Notes under the pieces: generated by a model
Seen by the model: only the letters and a program-made list of their open reading frames with translations
What the model was told of the DNA's origin: nothing
Database searches by the model: none
Source of the DNA: Kondoa subrosea
Lineage: Eukaryota
Assembly: GCA_039545335.1 (NCBI GenBank)
Contig: BCIN01000007.1
Coordinates: forward strand, 248,001-312,000
DNA: 64,000 nucleotides
Direction of reading: 5' to 3'
Translations under genes and position numbers: made by a program
Part shown: one piece after another, positions 23,178 to 36,279 of the stretch
How positions within the stretch are numbered: position 1 is the first letter of the stretch
How the letters are laid out: every line of letters begins with the position of its first letter

Positions 23178-25854
23178 TTACAAACCGGCTTGCTCGTTCC
23201 TCTGTTCCATAGCTAGTCGTATCATCTCCACACCCTCCGTATGGCATTCTTCTCCGGTTCGGAAAACTCGGAAAACGACATTATCAGGAATCCTGATCAA
23301 ACATTCAGCGCAAGATCTCCAAAATATTTGCAGCCAACTTACTTCGCCTCTGCATCAGCTATTCGCTTATAGAAGCCAGTGACTAATCTTGTCAAGGAGA
23401 AATCATCATTTCGTAATGGGTTGTTTGGCGATAATGAATCAGAGTCCATTTCCGATATCGAATTTGCTCTTGGTGCGTGTGTTCTTGCCGCATTCACATC
23501 AGGTTCGTATTCTGATCCTCTTGTGCGTAGCTTAGGTTTCTTGCCGGAAGCAAGCGGTGTTTCGTTCAGTCGAGTGATCGAAGATCGGCGCGAAAGAGGA
23601 GGAGTTTTTAGGTGAAGCGGAGTTGTGACATCTCGAACAAAGATTGCTAGTATTCGACCTGGATATTCGGCAGCCAGAGTGCTGTAAAGTTCTAGATCTT
23701 GTTCGCCTGAATCGCCAATCTGACAATTATACAAGCTTAGCATAGAACGATTGGACAATTGATCATTAGACTTACCAGAACAAATTGCGATTCGGGAAAG
23801 CCACGAAGAATCTCTTCGACATTTTGCCGCTTTTTGTCGCCGGCAGATTCCCACAGACCAGAGAGCAGACTTGAGCCTTGGCCGTATTCTTTCAGCTTGA
23901 CTTGACCATCCGGCAAGCCAACAGAGCGCATGAATTGAACAATAACTTCGCTCAATTCCCACTACAAGAAAGAATCAGCTCCCTGCTATGGGAAAGGTGA
24001 CGCATAACGCACAGGTCCATTTGAGACATCTACCACATGTTTGTCAGACTTGATCATGGTATAAAAAATAGGACTCACAATGTATAGCAGCTCCTTCTGC
24101 AGTCATAGCTCTATACCATTCGCTCATACCGGAGACTGCTATCCGATCGTACGGCAAGCAGAAAACGGTTCTGAATATCGATCTAGTCCCACCAAGGATA
24201 TGTGTATGTTTGCAAGTATCGTCAATCTGGTATGACAGTAAGCTGTTCTGCTTTTCGATGGAGAGTTCTACTCACGTCTGATATAACTCTTGGTATTCCA
24301 GGTCTTGTGACATTCAGTATACTTTGATCCGCTCGACCCATAGCGTCAGGAGCAGTTGCATCTTCTTGAGCGGGAAGTAATTCAGTGATTACTCTGACTT
24401 TAGCATTCGATGGCCAATCTTCTTGTCCTACAGGAACAGAAATCATTGTCTTGAATCCACCTCCTTCCCTGGTAGTGACCGTTCCTCGAGCTATACACCT
24501 TTCTTCCACCCCTTCCCCGTTCTCGTATCGATAAACTGAAATCCTGATTCTTCGAGCTTCAAGTTTTTGACTGAAGAAAGCTCTTAATCGTTCGGACAGA
24601 TTGGCATGAAGATGAAACATATCAAGACCTTCGAAATCGATATGACTGATTGTTGAAGCTGTAGAAGCAGAAGAATGTTTTCTTGCTATTTTCGGCATCA
24701 TTCGTTTGGCTCGAGAAGGTCTCTCAGAATCGGATTCATTTGAAGCAATGCTACTTGCATAAGAAGGAGAGGGAGATGGATTAGCATTTGCTGGGTCGTA
24801 AGGTGTATCTAAGGATCGGCGCGTGCGAGCTGGAAGTGTTGGTTCGAGTGTTGCGTGTATAGTAGGAAGAGGTGAGTCCAATTCAGTAGTGGGAGAAGCT
24901 GGAATAGTAGGAAGAGAAGGACTGTTAGGAATGGAGCGAGCTGGACGACGCGGCAGAGGAGGAGGAGCATTAGGTCGGAGCGTGTCCTGGGGTGTCAAGA
25001 GGGGAGGTGAAGCTCTTGCTGGAGTCGCATGATATTCATCTTCCGAATATTCATCTGGTTCTTCGGTCAAATTGAGAGAGTTCATGACCCTGTCCACTTC
25101 TTCATCGGGCGCATCTTGAGGTAATTGACCCAAAGCAAGCAATTCATCTGATGTATTGCTACGAGCCGGTTGTTTCGAATTCATTCCAGGAAAGTGATGT
25201 ATAGTAGGGGCTGTGCTTGTTTCCGCTTCGACTGCTTGTGCAATTACTGGAGGTAATTTCGATAGTCCAGCGAATTGTCTTGCTATAGATACAAAGACTC
25301 GTTGTGTCCGAGTAGCTGTCAGTAATCACCATCAGTTCCAGATATTACATATCTAAGCCAAGTGAGAACTGACCTTGATTGAGCGGTCTTGTTCTGAAAG
25401 CATATCCACTAATTTCTACATCAATATGTGCTTTCCCACTCAAATCCTTTCTGATCACAGCAAAGCCAGGGAAAGAAATACATCGCTCTTCCGAATGAGC
25501 AGCAGCATTCCTAGCTTCTCTTCTATTCGAATTGAAGTAACCAGCCCATTTAGCTGATCCACCAGCAGCTGGCGGTAAAGCAGAAGAAGCCAAAGAAGAC
25601 CAACTACCTTTCCTAGAGGGTCCTGTTCTGTTGTCTTGATCTGAAGGAGCTTCTCTTCGGAAATCGTGAGAAGCAGTTGTGAGCTTCGCAGAAAAGGTAG
25701 AAAGGGTTGATCCTACACCAGGTGCCAATTCACGAGCTTGCAAGACTTCAGCGCCTTTGTTCAGAGCGGAAGAAGCTTTGGCTAGTGCTCGAGACCGAAA
25801 TGATACATTATTCAACATTGGAAAAGGGCGTGTAGGCGTCCTCTGGTCCGTCAT
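23178..25854 (-). CDS. APP1: Phosphatidate phosphatase App1 family protein
   Basis: RVISD/IDDTCKHT (DxDxT catalytic motif), LIGDSGEQDLELY, YPGRILAIFVRDV; long Pro/Ser-rich linker; multi-exon. Confidence 0.88.
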
Positions 25855-26027
25855 GCTTGCCTCATAGCTGATCTGCTGCTAAGTATTTGGGGTATATGTG
25901 AAGCTTGATGAGCCTTAGGTATATTTTTGGCTGCTCGGGAACAACCAAGTGTTAGAAATCGTCACAGGCTCAAAGGACGAACTGAACTGAACGCCCATAA
26001 CAATAATTTACTACACATGTACATACA

Positions 26028-27853
26028 TTAATAGTCCGTTCTTCCTGTTCTCCAGCTCTGCTGAGAAGATCTTGAAGGCTCTTGTACTTTAATATACGGT
26101 ATCCCACCGCCATTCCCATGCCCTTCTGATGACTCGTCGTCTAATTCACCAGGTCTTCTTCTCTCATTCATTCCATAAGGTGAATATTCAGGTTGCGTAG
26201 GTTGTCGATCAGGTGAAGAAGGCCAAACAGGTTGTTCAATCCTGCTTCTATCTCCATTGATGGTTTCATCTGAAGTATTAAACTGCTCAAAAGATTTCAA
26301 AGTAGGTGAATGTTGGTGAGAACCATAATTCCGATCATTGGTATTGCTTGTCGAAATCTTCGATCGAGAATTGAGATGATCCAAACCAGGTCGATGATCC
26401 GGTGCGTGATGAGCAGCATACCTATGCAACAAGAGTCAGCCTTCAGTATAGCAAAACATATGTAGAAACTCGCATGTCGTGCTCCGTCGGCTGTTCAGGT
26501 AAAAGGAAAGCAGGTTGACCTTTGCCTTCCAACGCTTCTCTTCGTTCTCGCTCGATAATGGGTCTCCATTTAGCCATCGCTCGGTAGATATACCAAGCAC
26601 ATCCAAACGTGATCAGAAAAGAAACGACCAGTATTGTATTCGTTACCGCTTTTGAAGCGGTTGAACGTTGATCTGTTTCTGTGTCAAAGATGGATCCGAG
26701 ATAGGTGATCTGAAGCTGTTTTGGTAATGTCAAGAAGGTAGCGAGGAAGAAGATCCAGAATGACATTCCGGAAAAGGCCTATTTGCATGATCTGCCATCA
26801 GGCTGCATCATAGAGGAATCAGACAGAGACTTACAAACACTGGAGTGGTGAGATGGGCAGGTATAGCAGATAATCGTGCTAGTCTAAATACAGTCATCAG
26901 TGGTATCTGCAAGAACGCAGCATGCTACTTACAGAATCATGCGGAATCCGCCTAGAATAAGGGTAAGATGTATCATGCTAGATGAGGATGCACTCTCACC
27001 TTCGTTGATCACACGAACGACGCAAGCAAAATTGATGTCCTTCTTCTCTTGTTTCGCAGCTCTTGCTAGACAGAAATATCGGAATACAATGTAATTGCCT
27101 AAACTAATACTTTAGGCAATCTTCCTATGGAGAGAAGAATCATCAAGCTGACCTATTTCGCCCAGCAAAGTTCCAGCTGCTACTATAGCGAAACCAATCC
27201 AGGTTCGTGCATTGAAGATCAGAGCGGGAAATCAAAGGCAATGAAAGGAAACTTATCCCAAACAACACCGACTAAAATTGCGACTATTTCATGACCGAAA
27301 AGCTGAACATGAAGTAATTGAGCTATAGCAAAGCAAATCCTTAAACACGCGCAAACGTACAGGCGGAAAAGCTGTGACAGCTGTCAGCTACAATACTACG
27401 TAAATATTCGCGAGACCGGAACTCACATATTACAAAGAGTATTCCTATTGGAATAGCCCACCCGCCTTTCAATGTCTTGAGCTTGTTGGCCAGCGGTCTC
27501 ATCCAAGATACAATATCATGACTTCATACTTGATCAGCTTATCACGCTTCGATGGTACAATTGGATAGGACTGACTGATAGACAGTCATCAAAGCCGTAA
27601 GAACGCATAGGATGATGAAAATAATCCACCACTTCAAGTATTTCAACGAAAAGATCTTTGCTACAGACATTGGTCCAAATGCAGTCTCTGTAGTCTTGTT
27701 GTACCATTTCACTTTCTCTCCTCCTCCTCCCCTTTGGTGTTGATGAGGTAGCATAGCCTCTTCATGAGAATCTGGTCTATGTAAGTCATTCGTGTCTCGT
27801 AGATTGATCGTTGAGGTAGAAGCTCCGTGTGAGGGTGGGTATGGTGCGTCCAT
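26028..27853 (-). CDS. TVP38: Golgi membrane protein Tvp38 / DedA (SNARE-associated) family
   Basis: KYLKWWIIFIILCVLTALM, GGWAIPIGILFV, GHEIVAILVGV, AAGTLLGEIGNY, RLSAIPAHLTTPVF, ATFLTLPKQL; many introns. Confidence 0.88.
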
Positions 27854-28099
27854 AGCTAGTACGCGTAGCAGGGAGGCATCAAGGACTTTGGTATAGTTTC
27901 GACTCGTGGTAAGAGAAGAACGACAGCGGGCTGGAAATAGTTCAATAGTTGAGGCAAAGCGATGGACTGGAATCGCCAAGCGCATTTCTGTAGCAGATTC
28001 TGCTTTTCCCATCGCTTTCAATATTTACAACGCATGACCCCAATTTCCTATTCTTGTGATTCTCTGTTTGACGATCCAGCCGTAAACCTCCAACGAGAC

Positions 28100-28962
28100 T
28101 CAAGCCTTGCTCTTCTTAGCCTTCTTCTTGCTACCAGAAGCTGAAGCATCAGTCATTTGATTAGCATCGCGTTTCTTCAATGCAGAAGTAGAAGCAGTAG
28201 CTGGAGTACCAGCAGAAGAAGAAGAAGAAGCATGGGCTTGAGTTTGAGCTAAGAGCTGATTGGCTTTAGTTGGGTTAGCAGCGATCCATTTATCTTTGGC
28301 TGCTTGATTGACAGTGCAAGAGGTGTACCACATGAGACTATTGAAACCATCAATTGACATTCGAGCATGAGTGGAAGGGCACTGACGATTTACGACCTTT
28401 GTTAATCTTGTCTGGCTCTTCGCGAGTCAATTGACGATGAGAGCAACTAAACACAATTCAGACCATGCTCTGTTGTAAGCGAGCACGACTCACTCGAAAC
28501 CTTCAGCGCGAATCTTCTTGCCAAAGGACTTGCGAATGTTAGGTACTATAGATCGGATGAGCTGAGTACTACTGCCATGAAGAAAACATACCCAAGTGAA
28601 ATTGACTGCTGCGGTCCCAAATCAGTATTTCAAGTATTACACAAGAAGGACTCACATCTCTTTGGTGACAGGTCCAGCAGAGCAATCCGTTTCCATAATG
28701 AACTTGCGAAAGATAGACAAAGCCTACGAATGATCTTAGCATGCATTGCGAGAACGCCAAAGTACCGAGCACTCACGTTATCTTCAGCTTTCATTGCTCT
28801 ATCACTAGTAGCAGCAAATCCACTCCGACTGAAGTCGCTGCAAATCGTGTAAGCCAATCGAGCAAGAATCTTTCGAGCTGGACAAACTTGTTAAAATCCG
28901 GATCTTCCAAAGTTCATGATGCCTTGTAACATGTATAGGTCCCCTCGACAGTCGTGGCACAT
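28100..28962 (-). CDS. Hypothetical multi-exon protein with basic C-terminal tail
   Basis: In-frame spliced exons ALSIFRKFIMETDCSAGPVTKE / SQFHL / VPNIRKSFGKKIRAEGF / CSHRQLTREEPDKINKGRK / MWYTSCTVNQAAKDKWIAANP...SKKKAKKSKA*; start codon uncertain. Confidence 0.55.
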
Positions 28963-29230
28963 CTTGGCAGTAAGGTTTCTTGAGGGTAGGGTTCAAGAAA
29001 AGGAGCGCGAAGATAGAAAACAACAAAGTGCGGTGACTCGGCTGACGTAATCAATGAGTCTATTCTCGTATAATTTGAACAAAGCTGCATTCCCTTTCAA
29101 TCATAGCAAAGTAGTTCTCGTAGTTGAAGACAACGTCATAGGCTTGAACATCAACGCGAATGAACAGACAAAGTGTTATACAAGTTGTTGCATTTGATTC
29201 TTTCTAAAGGAGAAACCTCTCACAGCGTAC

Positions 29231-30240
29231 TTACGAGTACTTCTCGATGATCTTGACCAACCCTTCAGGATCCGAAAGCATTGGCGAATGAGAGGTATTG
29301 AGTTTCTCGACTGCTTCACCAAAGACGCCAGACTTGTCAATCAGCTCTTGCTGCATGTGCGGTAGCAGAGCTTGATCCTTCTCGCAGAAGACGTAAGCAA
29401 CGGGTACACTCTTCCATCCTTCGTGATCAAGAGGAGTTGTGAAAGCTCCTGTTGATTGTGGTTGTAGAAGCGAAGTGTAATGTTTGCCTTCTTCTTCGCT
29501 GAGATCGTTGTAGCATGTTTCCATCGCTCCTTCAGCAATCAAACGCTTGCCAGTCTGTTCGAAGTTCAGCAAAGTAAAGGACAATTGTTTCGATTCATAC
29601 CTCATCCTCTGGCTTAATCCAAGCTGGCGGAGACATTAGCTCATACATATGCGACTTTACAAGCGCGTACGGAAATCGAACTGTCGATAGCACTTTAGAA
29701 GGATAGATTCCGCGGGTTTGGCACTAGAACTCACTCCAGCAGTAATCAAAGCAGTACTAGCAGGAATCTGTGATCTCTTTTAAGCTTGGATACCGTACGC
29801 AATAGTGATACGTACGACGAAAGCTGAAATGTAGACAATGCGGACAACAGCAGCTTTATCTCCTCTACTCTTCTTGTCTAGTCCTTTCACAGCTTGGCTA
29901 GTCTGTCTTATTTGATTAGCATACTTCCTCTTTTGGTCGATAGACGCACTGGCACACCACCATATGAATGACAAGCGATGACTACATCCTTTCCTTGATC
30001 CAGGAACGTTTGTGCAGCTTCTCGAATAGCAGCAGCGTCATCATGCATTGTCTTAGCTTCTTTAGCTCCAACGGTCTGATACACAGTGAGAACAGGTTGA
30101 TATGGATTTGGAAGGCTTACTGGAAGATTGATGGCATTTGTTTCGTAGCCTTTTGATTGTAGAAGCTTTTCGACTTTTGAGTAATATGCAGGAGTGTGCC
30201 AACCACCTGGAACGAGGACACAAGCTTTGCTCTGTCCCAT
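29231..30240 (-). CDS. Alpha/beta-hydrolase (methylesterase-like)
   Basis: LVPGGWHTP, VVIACHSYGG (nucleophile), YVFCEKDQAL (acid), LNTSHSPML (His). Confidence 0.9.
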
Positions 30241-30920
30241 TATGTGAGAAGGATCGTAGGTACAGGTCAACAGATAAAGGACGCGCTTTTAGGAGATGGC
30301 GGAGAATATGAATGTGGGGTACGCATTTAGGGCGGCTGATGCGATCGATGAACATTGGCTACAAGACAGCCTACAAGTGAAGGTACGCTTGTGCATCTAC
30401 TCTGAGAAGGAATGTAGCGCACCAAATTGCAGCATTCCAGCTTCAGAGCTATATACCATAGCTTTGATTGACTTACCATTGGGTGAGAGATCACGAGAGT
30501 GATCAGAGCTCTCATACGTTTACTCCAAGGCTCAACGTGAAGCGAAGGGAGGGAGAAAAGACGAACATGTAGTATTGAGAAAGGGCAAACTCATACATAT
30601 TAAATGGCAATAGCGAATCATGATGCCTGGAAGAAAGCTTTTGAAGAAGAGGTAGGGAAGTTTCGGAGAGAGGATGTAACGAGTCAAACATCGATGACGT
30701 TCTTGGGGATGACAAAAATACACAGCGATGTAGTGATTGAGGGTGACACAGATGATGCATTAGAATCGATTGCACGACAGCTTAGGTGGAAGACATGTCC
30801 CTTTGAATTCAAACCTAATAAGAACCTGCCATTTCGTAACAAGTGAATTCTCGTACAGTATAGTATACATATAAAAGTATTGGCAGGACGCGAATCTCAG
30901 GGTCTTGCTCATATTATTCA

Positions 30921-31644
30921 TTACGACATTGACAACGAAGGCGCCTTCAGCAGCTTGTCTGTAGTAATCATATCAGCTACGATCCCATAGTGGCCTAAAG
31001 ACTCACCCTTCATTCTCACAGCAAACATGAATCGAACGATTGTATCCGTTTCCCCGAGATGAGATTTATCCCAATGATCTTTCACAATCTCACACAATCT
31101 CGGATCCGCTTCTTCTGGTTCTTGAGGTTCCATTGCATTGGCTTTGATCAATTCCTCTTGAACCGATTTCGGCGGACCGTCAGGATGATCTTCTTCGGAT
31201 GATAATTCCGATGCTCTACGTTTTCTTGCTTTACGAGTAGATGTGGTTGATGATGTAGGTGCAACAGCTTGGAAATAATCAATTATAGGGTTACCATTCG
31301 GTCGAGAATGCATAGCATATTGAGGAATTAAGCCATAGAAAGCCAAGTACTTGTGTATCGATTCGGCTGGTAGAGAAGATATTGGAAACTGGATATACAA
31401 CAAGTCAATTATGCCATGTTCGATTGCGAAAGAATGGGAAAACACATACAACAGGCAATTGAATGGCATATTCGCCTTGAGCAGCTCTGCGATCCGAATT
31501 CCTCTCTGCTACAGCTTGTGCGGCTAATGTACCTGCCCTTGAGGACCTAGCAGTGCCAGATGCAACCATTGCTCGAGAAGAATAGGCCTGGTCATTGTCT
31601 CCTTTTCTACGCTTTGGAAATGGGCCAGAAGCTGAGTAGGACAT
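30921..31644 (-). CDS. SAP30-like Sin3-HDAC complex subunit
   Basis: FPISSLPAESIHKYLAFYGL and C-terminal LCEIVKDHWDKSHLGETDTIVRFMFAVRMK resemble the SAP30 Sin3-binding domain pattern (LxxxVxxHF...ExxxIxxFxyxV). Confidence 0.7.
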
Positions 31645-32094
31645 CTTGAAGCTTGCTGCTGCGTGTCTTGTTGAAATCGAAGATTGCGATACCTGCTTGG
31701 CTGTGGAAGGAAGACCCGATGTTGAAAGGAATTCTGCCTTTTCTTGTAGCGGCTAATCAAGCACAATTTACTGCCTTCATATCTGGCTGGGCGTCACAGT
31801 CTCGTGTCGTCGTGTTCTTCCCTGCTATACATTTCTGCTTTTTCGCGCGACGTTGAATTAGAATGATGCCAGACGCATGACCTTTTTCTCTGGCTTCATT
31901 ACCCTGTCTCCTCTTTGCTGTTCCTCGTATCTCTGGTAACGCTGGCTCGTGGGACTGAAAGGCAAACACAGCTGAATCCTGAAGGAAAGAGCCCGTTCAA
32001 GTTTCCCGGCGATATAATATGTTGTTTTGGTCGGTGAATTCGGCGTCAAACTGTTGAAGCTACAGCATCTTGTTGTTTGCTTGCAATCACAATC

Positions 32095-33245
32095 ATGCAT
32101 CTCGTAGTTGCAATCTCAAGTTTCCTAGCACTCGCAGCTGTAGGTGTTACTGCAAACCCGCTCGAAGATGTTATTGCAGCAAGACAAGTGAACGCAAGGG
32201 ATTTACGCGCTGGAACCAGAAGATTGACTGCTAGGCAGGCTGTAGGTAAGTCAAAGGAACATGCCCTTGTTGATTGGACTTACCCACTACTTTGGGACAT
32301 CAGGCAGCTCAACTTTAGCAACCGTCACAACAAGCGATTACATCAATTGTCCGAGTCTAGTTGGCAACCCAAAAGGTTTCGTTTCTAGACGTGTGTCTTC
32401 CTCCTACATGAAATGTCGATGCATACTGAGTCTATCACTACAGAACAGATTGATACTGCTTCATATTATGGTCAGTCCAGATTGCCTTCCTACGCCTCAC
32501 ACTTCTGAATTCACATTACTAGCCTCCGATCCAACACAAAACACAGTAGTCTGTGCATTCAGTAGATATCCAGCTGTACAAATGAAAGGCCAAGACACTT
32601 TGGAAACGGTCAGTCATTGAGCAATGGGATCCATTGATGAATCTGAGCACGCTGTTCTTGATAGGTCCGGTGCACCTTTGATGGCAATACCGGAGCTTTG
32701 CAAAGCGAAACTAACGATTATGGAGCCACCACAAATTACTGTCCAACTCAAAACAGCGTAGCGCCCGATAATGCAGATCTGGTGAGCGTTTCTCCGTCCT
32801 TGAGGATAACCAATGACTGTACTGAGAGATTACTGCAGTGTTATACTGCTTGTTATCGCCGCCAAAGTACCGGTCAGCCTAATGATTCTACACCTAGCTA
32901 CTTCTTTTCCGAAGCCGAGTTCGTCACAAACGGAGGAGGAGGCAACGACTTCCTTACCTGTTCTTGTCAGTTCCATCCTTATTCCCGTTTTTACTCTAAT
33001 CTGAATCGGTATGAAAGTTACACCTGATGCATTTGGAACGACAGGAGTTGAAAGTTGTAAATACAGCGCAAGCTCCGGCGCTCTGATTTCAGGTTCGATA
33101 CATCAATTAATGACAACCTAGTGCTGTATACTTATTCATCTTGCCTTTCACGAATGTAACAGGCGGTAGTTCTACTTTCACCTGTAGTCCAAGTATTCCT
33201 AGAAGTCTACGTTGCGCGAATCGATCTACTGGTATCAGCAAATAA
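32095..33245 (+). CDS. Small secreted cysteine-rich protein with internal repeat
   Basis: Signal peptide MHLVVAISSFLALAAVGVTA; pro-region ending TAR-Q; ~10 Cys; repeat CTFDGNTGAL vs CKYSASSGAL; ~7 introns; ends CANRSTGISK*. Confidence 0.75.
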
Positions 33246-33802
33246 TAGAGGATGAGCTTGGTGTCAACATAATGGCAGGGGATTGTGGATGGTTTAGATG
33301 TGGTGCTTTCATGATTTATTCGATACTTTTTGTATTTTCTTTTGGCTAGTACGAGAGAACGACTATGACCCAATTGTAGATCCTGATAGCTCATTCCCTC
33401 TGTCAGTGGACCTTTCATTGTTCGACGTCGACAAGAAAAGCGAGATCACCCGCCTTGTCTTACTTCAACCACTATATTTTGCTTCGGAAGTGATACATGG
33501 CCTGCTTGGAACACTTATAACCTTCTGCAAACATATCCCTTCAAGCTAGATCAATTGTTTAATCGAGTCAAGAGCATCCTTACCCCGCTTTCGCTTCTAA
33601 ACCTACAACTTGGTCAAAGCTGGTGCTACAACCTTCAACAAGCTCACTTTAAGTCTGCTGATCTGGTCTGGCCTGTACAAGTGTGATTTCCACCTCTCAG
33701 ACGGTTATTCAATAAAATAAAGGCCGAAGGCAGCCAATGTAACTTCTTCCTTTTCGCTTTGATCAAAATGTAAAGGGCAAGCTGCTGAAATGTGATAACA
33801 GC

Positions 33803-35615
33803 ATGTCTCGTTTTACAATAACTAAAGATTTATGGAAACAAATCGATCATTGGGCTTCGTTTCCTCAAACTGGAGTTTCGCTTAGACAGATGGTCATGTT
33901 TGGTGAGGCAGCCTCGTTCGAATAGAGAAGTTATGCTGATATGAGATATAGGCCAGAACCCTTCGCAAGGTACTCTACTGAAAGCCAGTCAATTTCTAGC
34001 AGGTCCGTACGATGCAATACTTTGCGCAGCGCTTTACTCATAATCATACAGAGGAACTACCTGTTCGACTAGCCCATCGAGTAAAAGAGTTAGATGAGCT
34101 ACCAAATAAGCTGAATGAAATGCCGAGCATCATCAAAGTCAAGAATTGGTATGCTCAATCTTTCGAGGTTAATCAACTAGACGCAGCATGCGATCACACA
34201 TTGATGCGGATTCAATAGGAACTGGTCAATTTCCCTAAACCTGATCTACCGCCGGACGTACGAACAGCAATAATTGAAGCATCTTCCGGTTCTGATCCTC
34301 TTCCTCTTACCAAACCAAATCCTTCTTTACCAAAACATATGACTCCCAATCACAATGCTCGATCTTCTAGCTCTGATTTACTATCAAATTCCACCAATGG
34401 TAGATCGAAACAACAAAATCGAAGAATACCAGTCGAACATCGCTATTATGCTAATCCAGGCGGGAACATCAAATGGCCTCCGCAAGTACATGATTACAAC
34501 GAACGCTTTACTTCTTGTTTAAGCAATATCAAGAATAGACATGATCCAGTTGTTACTTCTATCGCTTCTGGTGTTTTAGAGTACAAGAAACGAATTGGCA
34601 ATTCTGCTTCAGCGGAAAAAGAATTGGCTGTTTTCTTAGATCGCTTTTACATGTCTCGAATTGGAATACGTGTTCTGATAGGTCAACATATCGCTTTGAA
34701 TCGATTGGAACCTCATAAGAATTACGTTGGAATCATCAATACCAAGACCAATATCTATGAAACTTGTAGAGAAGCGATCGAGAATGCTACTTTTGTATGC
34801 GAGGATTATTATGGCTTGTTCAAAGGACCACCAGTGGAATTGATCTGTCCAAAAGATTTGGAATTCTCTTATATTCCTTCACATCTGGTGCGTTACAATC
34901 TTTGAGTGCAGCTGTAACTCAGCTGATGGAAAGATTGCTACGCACAGAACCATATGGTCTTCGAAATTCTCAAGAATTCACTCCGAGCAACTGTAGAAAA
35001 GTATGGGGCGGATTGCGAAGAATTCCCACCTATCAAAATCATCGTAGCTCATGGTGATGAAGATATTACTATCAAGATTTCGGATGAAGGTGGAGGTATA
35101 CCAAGAAAAGACGTTCCTCTTGTATGGACATATATGTGCGTTCTTTACTGTGGTTTTCAACATAAAACATTGATATACGATGTCTTTGAATTGTACAGGT
35201 ATACAACTGCTGAAGCGGAAAGCGTGGATCAAAATTTTGAAGGATCGGATTTCAAGGCGCCTCTGGCTGGTTTCGGTGAGTGCATCCGATGACCACCTGT
35301 AGACGATACCCATTTCATATCTCACAGGTTATGGGTTGCCGATCGCTCGGCTGTATAGTCAATATCTAGGCGGAGGGTATGTCATAATTTGCCAAACTGT
35401 GTCAAAATGCTCACAATCCCGTAACAGGCTAAAGCTGATGTCAATGGAAGGGTGAGTCAAGTTGAATCCGAGATGATCCACATCATTCATATGCTCTACA
35501 GATATGGCTGTGATGTATATATCGTATGTTTTCTGCTTTTGGACACAGATTGTTCTCATTGAAGTACCTTCAGTATCTGTCAAGACGATCGGACAGCAGC
35601 GAGCCTTTGCAGTGA
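33803..35615 (+). CDS. PDK: Mitochondrial pyruvate dehydrogenase (alpha-ketoacid dehydrogenase) kinase
   Basis: FPQTGVSLRQMV, EELPVRLAHRVKEL, FLDRFYMSRIGIRVLIGQH, FEILKNSLRA, KISDEGGGI, APLAGFG-YGLP, SMEG-YG; ends SEPLQ*. Confidence 0.95.
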
Positions 35616-36054
35616 TGCAAGTCTCAGGGTGTTACAGCGTTCTGCGAAGTTGCTGACTTCTTGTTTGTAGAACTCCTGCTATAATGAAAGCGCGGTGCGA
35701 AGAGTCCAGTTCAGAATACAAAACTTGTACGGATGTAACATTTGTAGCAATGTGAAAGAGAAACACAAGGCAATTGCCTCAAGTCCCAAGTTCTTTGAAA
35801 TTAAGTTGTTATAGGCAAGACCTTTGAGTGAAACCAAGATCAATTCATTAGGCGATATCATTACACTGCGGACACATGTATCTACAGTAATCAGTTCGCG
35901 TGCGCGTTTAGTCAAACGTAGTAAGACACGGTCTGAAGTCAAAAAAATCGCTTGTTGGCGAAACCTTTTGCATTTGCGGGCTGTCAGCATCTTCATAGCG
36001 ATCAATCTGCAGCCTCTTTCTTCAGCGTAAATGAACTTTCTATGTTGAGGATCT

Positions 36055-36279
36055 TCATGGATTTTGAAGTTGCTCATCTTGTTCTTGTTGCTTGCTGTCG
36101 GTGTCGGTCTTGCTGCCGATCTTGATCTTCTTGTCGTCCAGACGTCCAATGGAGGCAGAGGAGAGAGACCCGGTGTATACCACTCGGATATCTGGACTCT
36201 CATGCCTTACCGAGAAGAGCGGGCTAGCAGGTAAGGGAGGCACTATCGGCTCAATTTCTATTGAAACATCATGTGTCAT
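36055..36279 (-). CDS. Small ORF (74 aa) downstream of an apparent 5'-UTR intron
   Basis: Consensus intron on the minus strand at 36313-36373 (GTAAGC...GCTGAC...CACAG), followed by MTHDVSIEIEPIVPPLPASPLF...QNP*. Confidence 0.35.
   Translation of the reverse strand: MTHDVSIEIEPIVPPLPASPLFSVRHESPDIRVVYTGSLSSASIGRLDDKKIKIGSKTDTDSKQQEQDEQLQNP

Noticed and set aside
30296..30846. Short plus-strand ORFs with intron-like signals between the hydrolase and SAP30-like genes
   Set aside because: Every splice combination I tried hit a stop. The 80-aa ORF 30604-30846 has no recognisable motif, so it is left uncalled.
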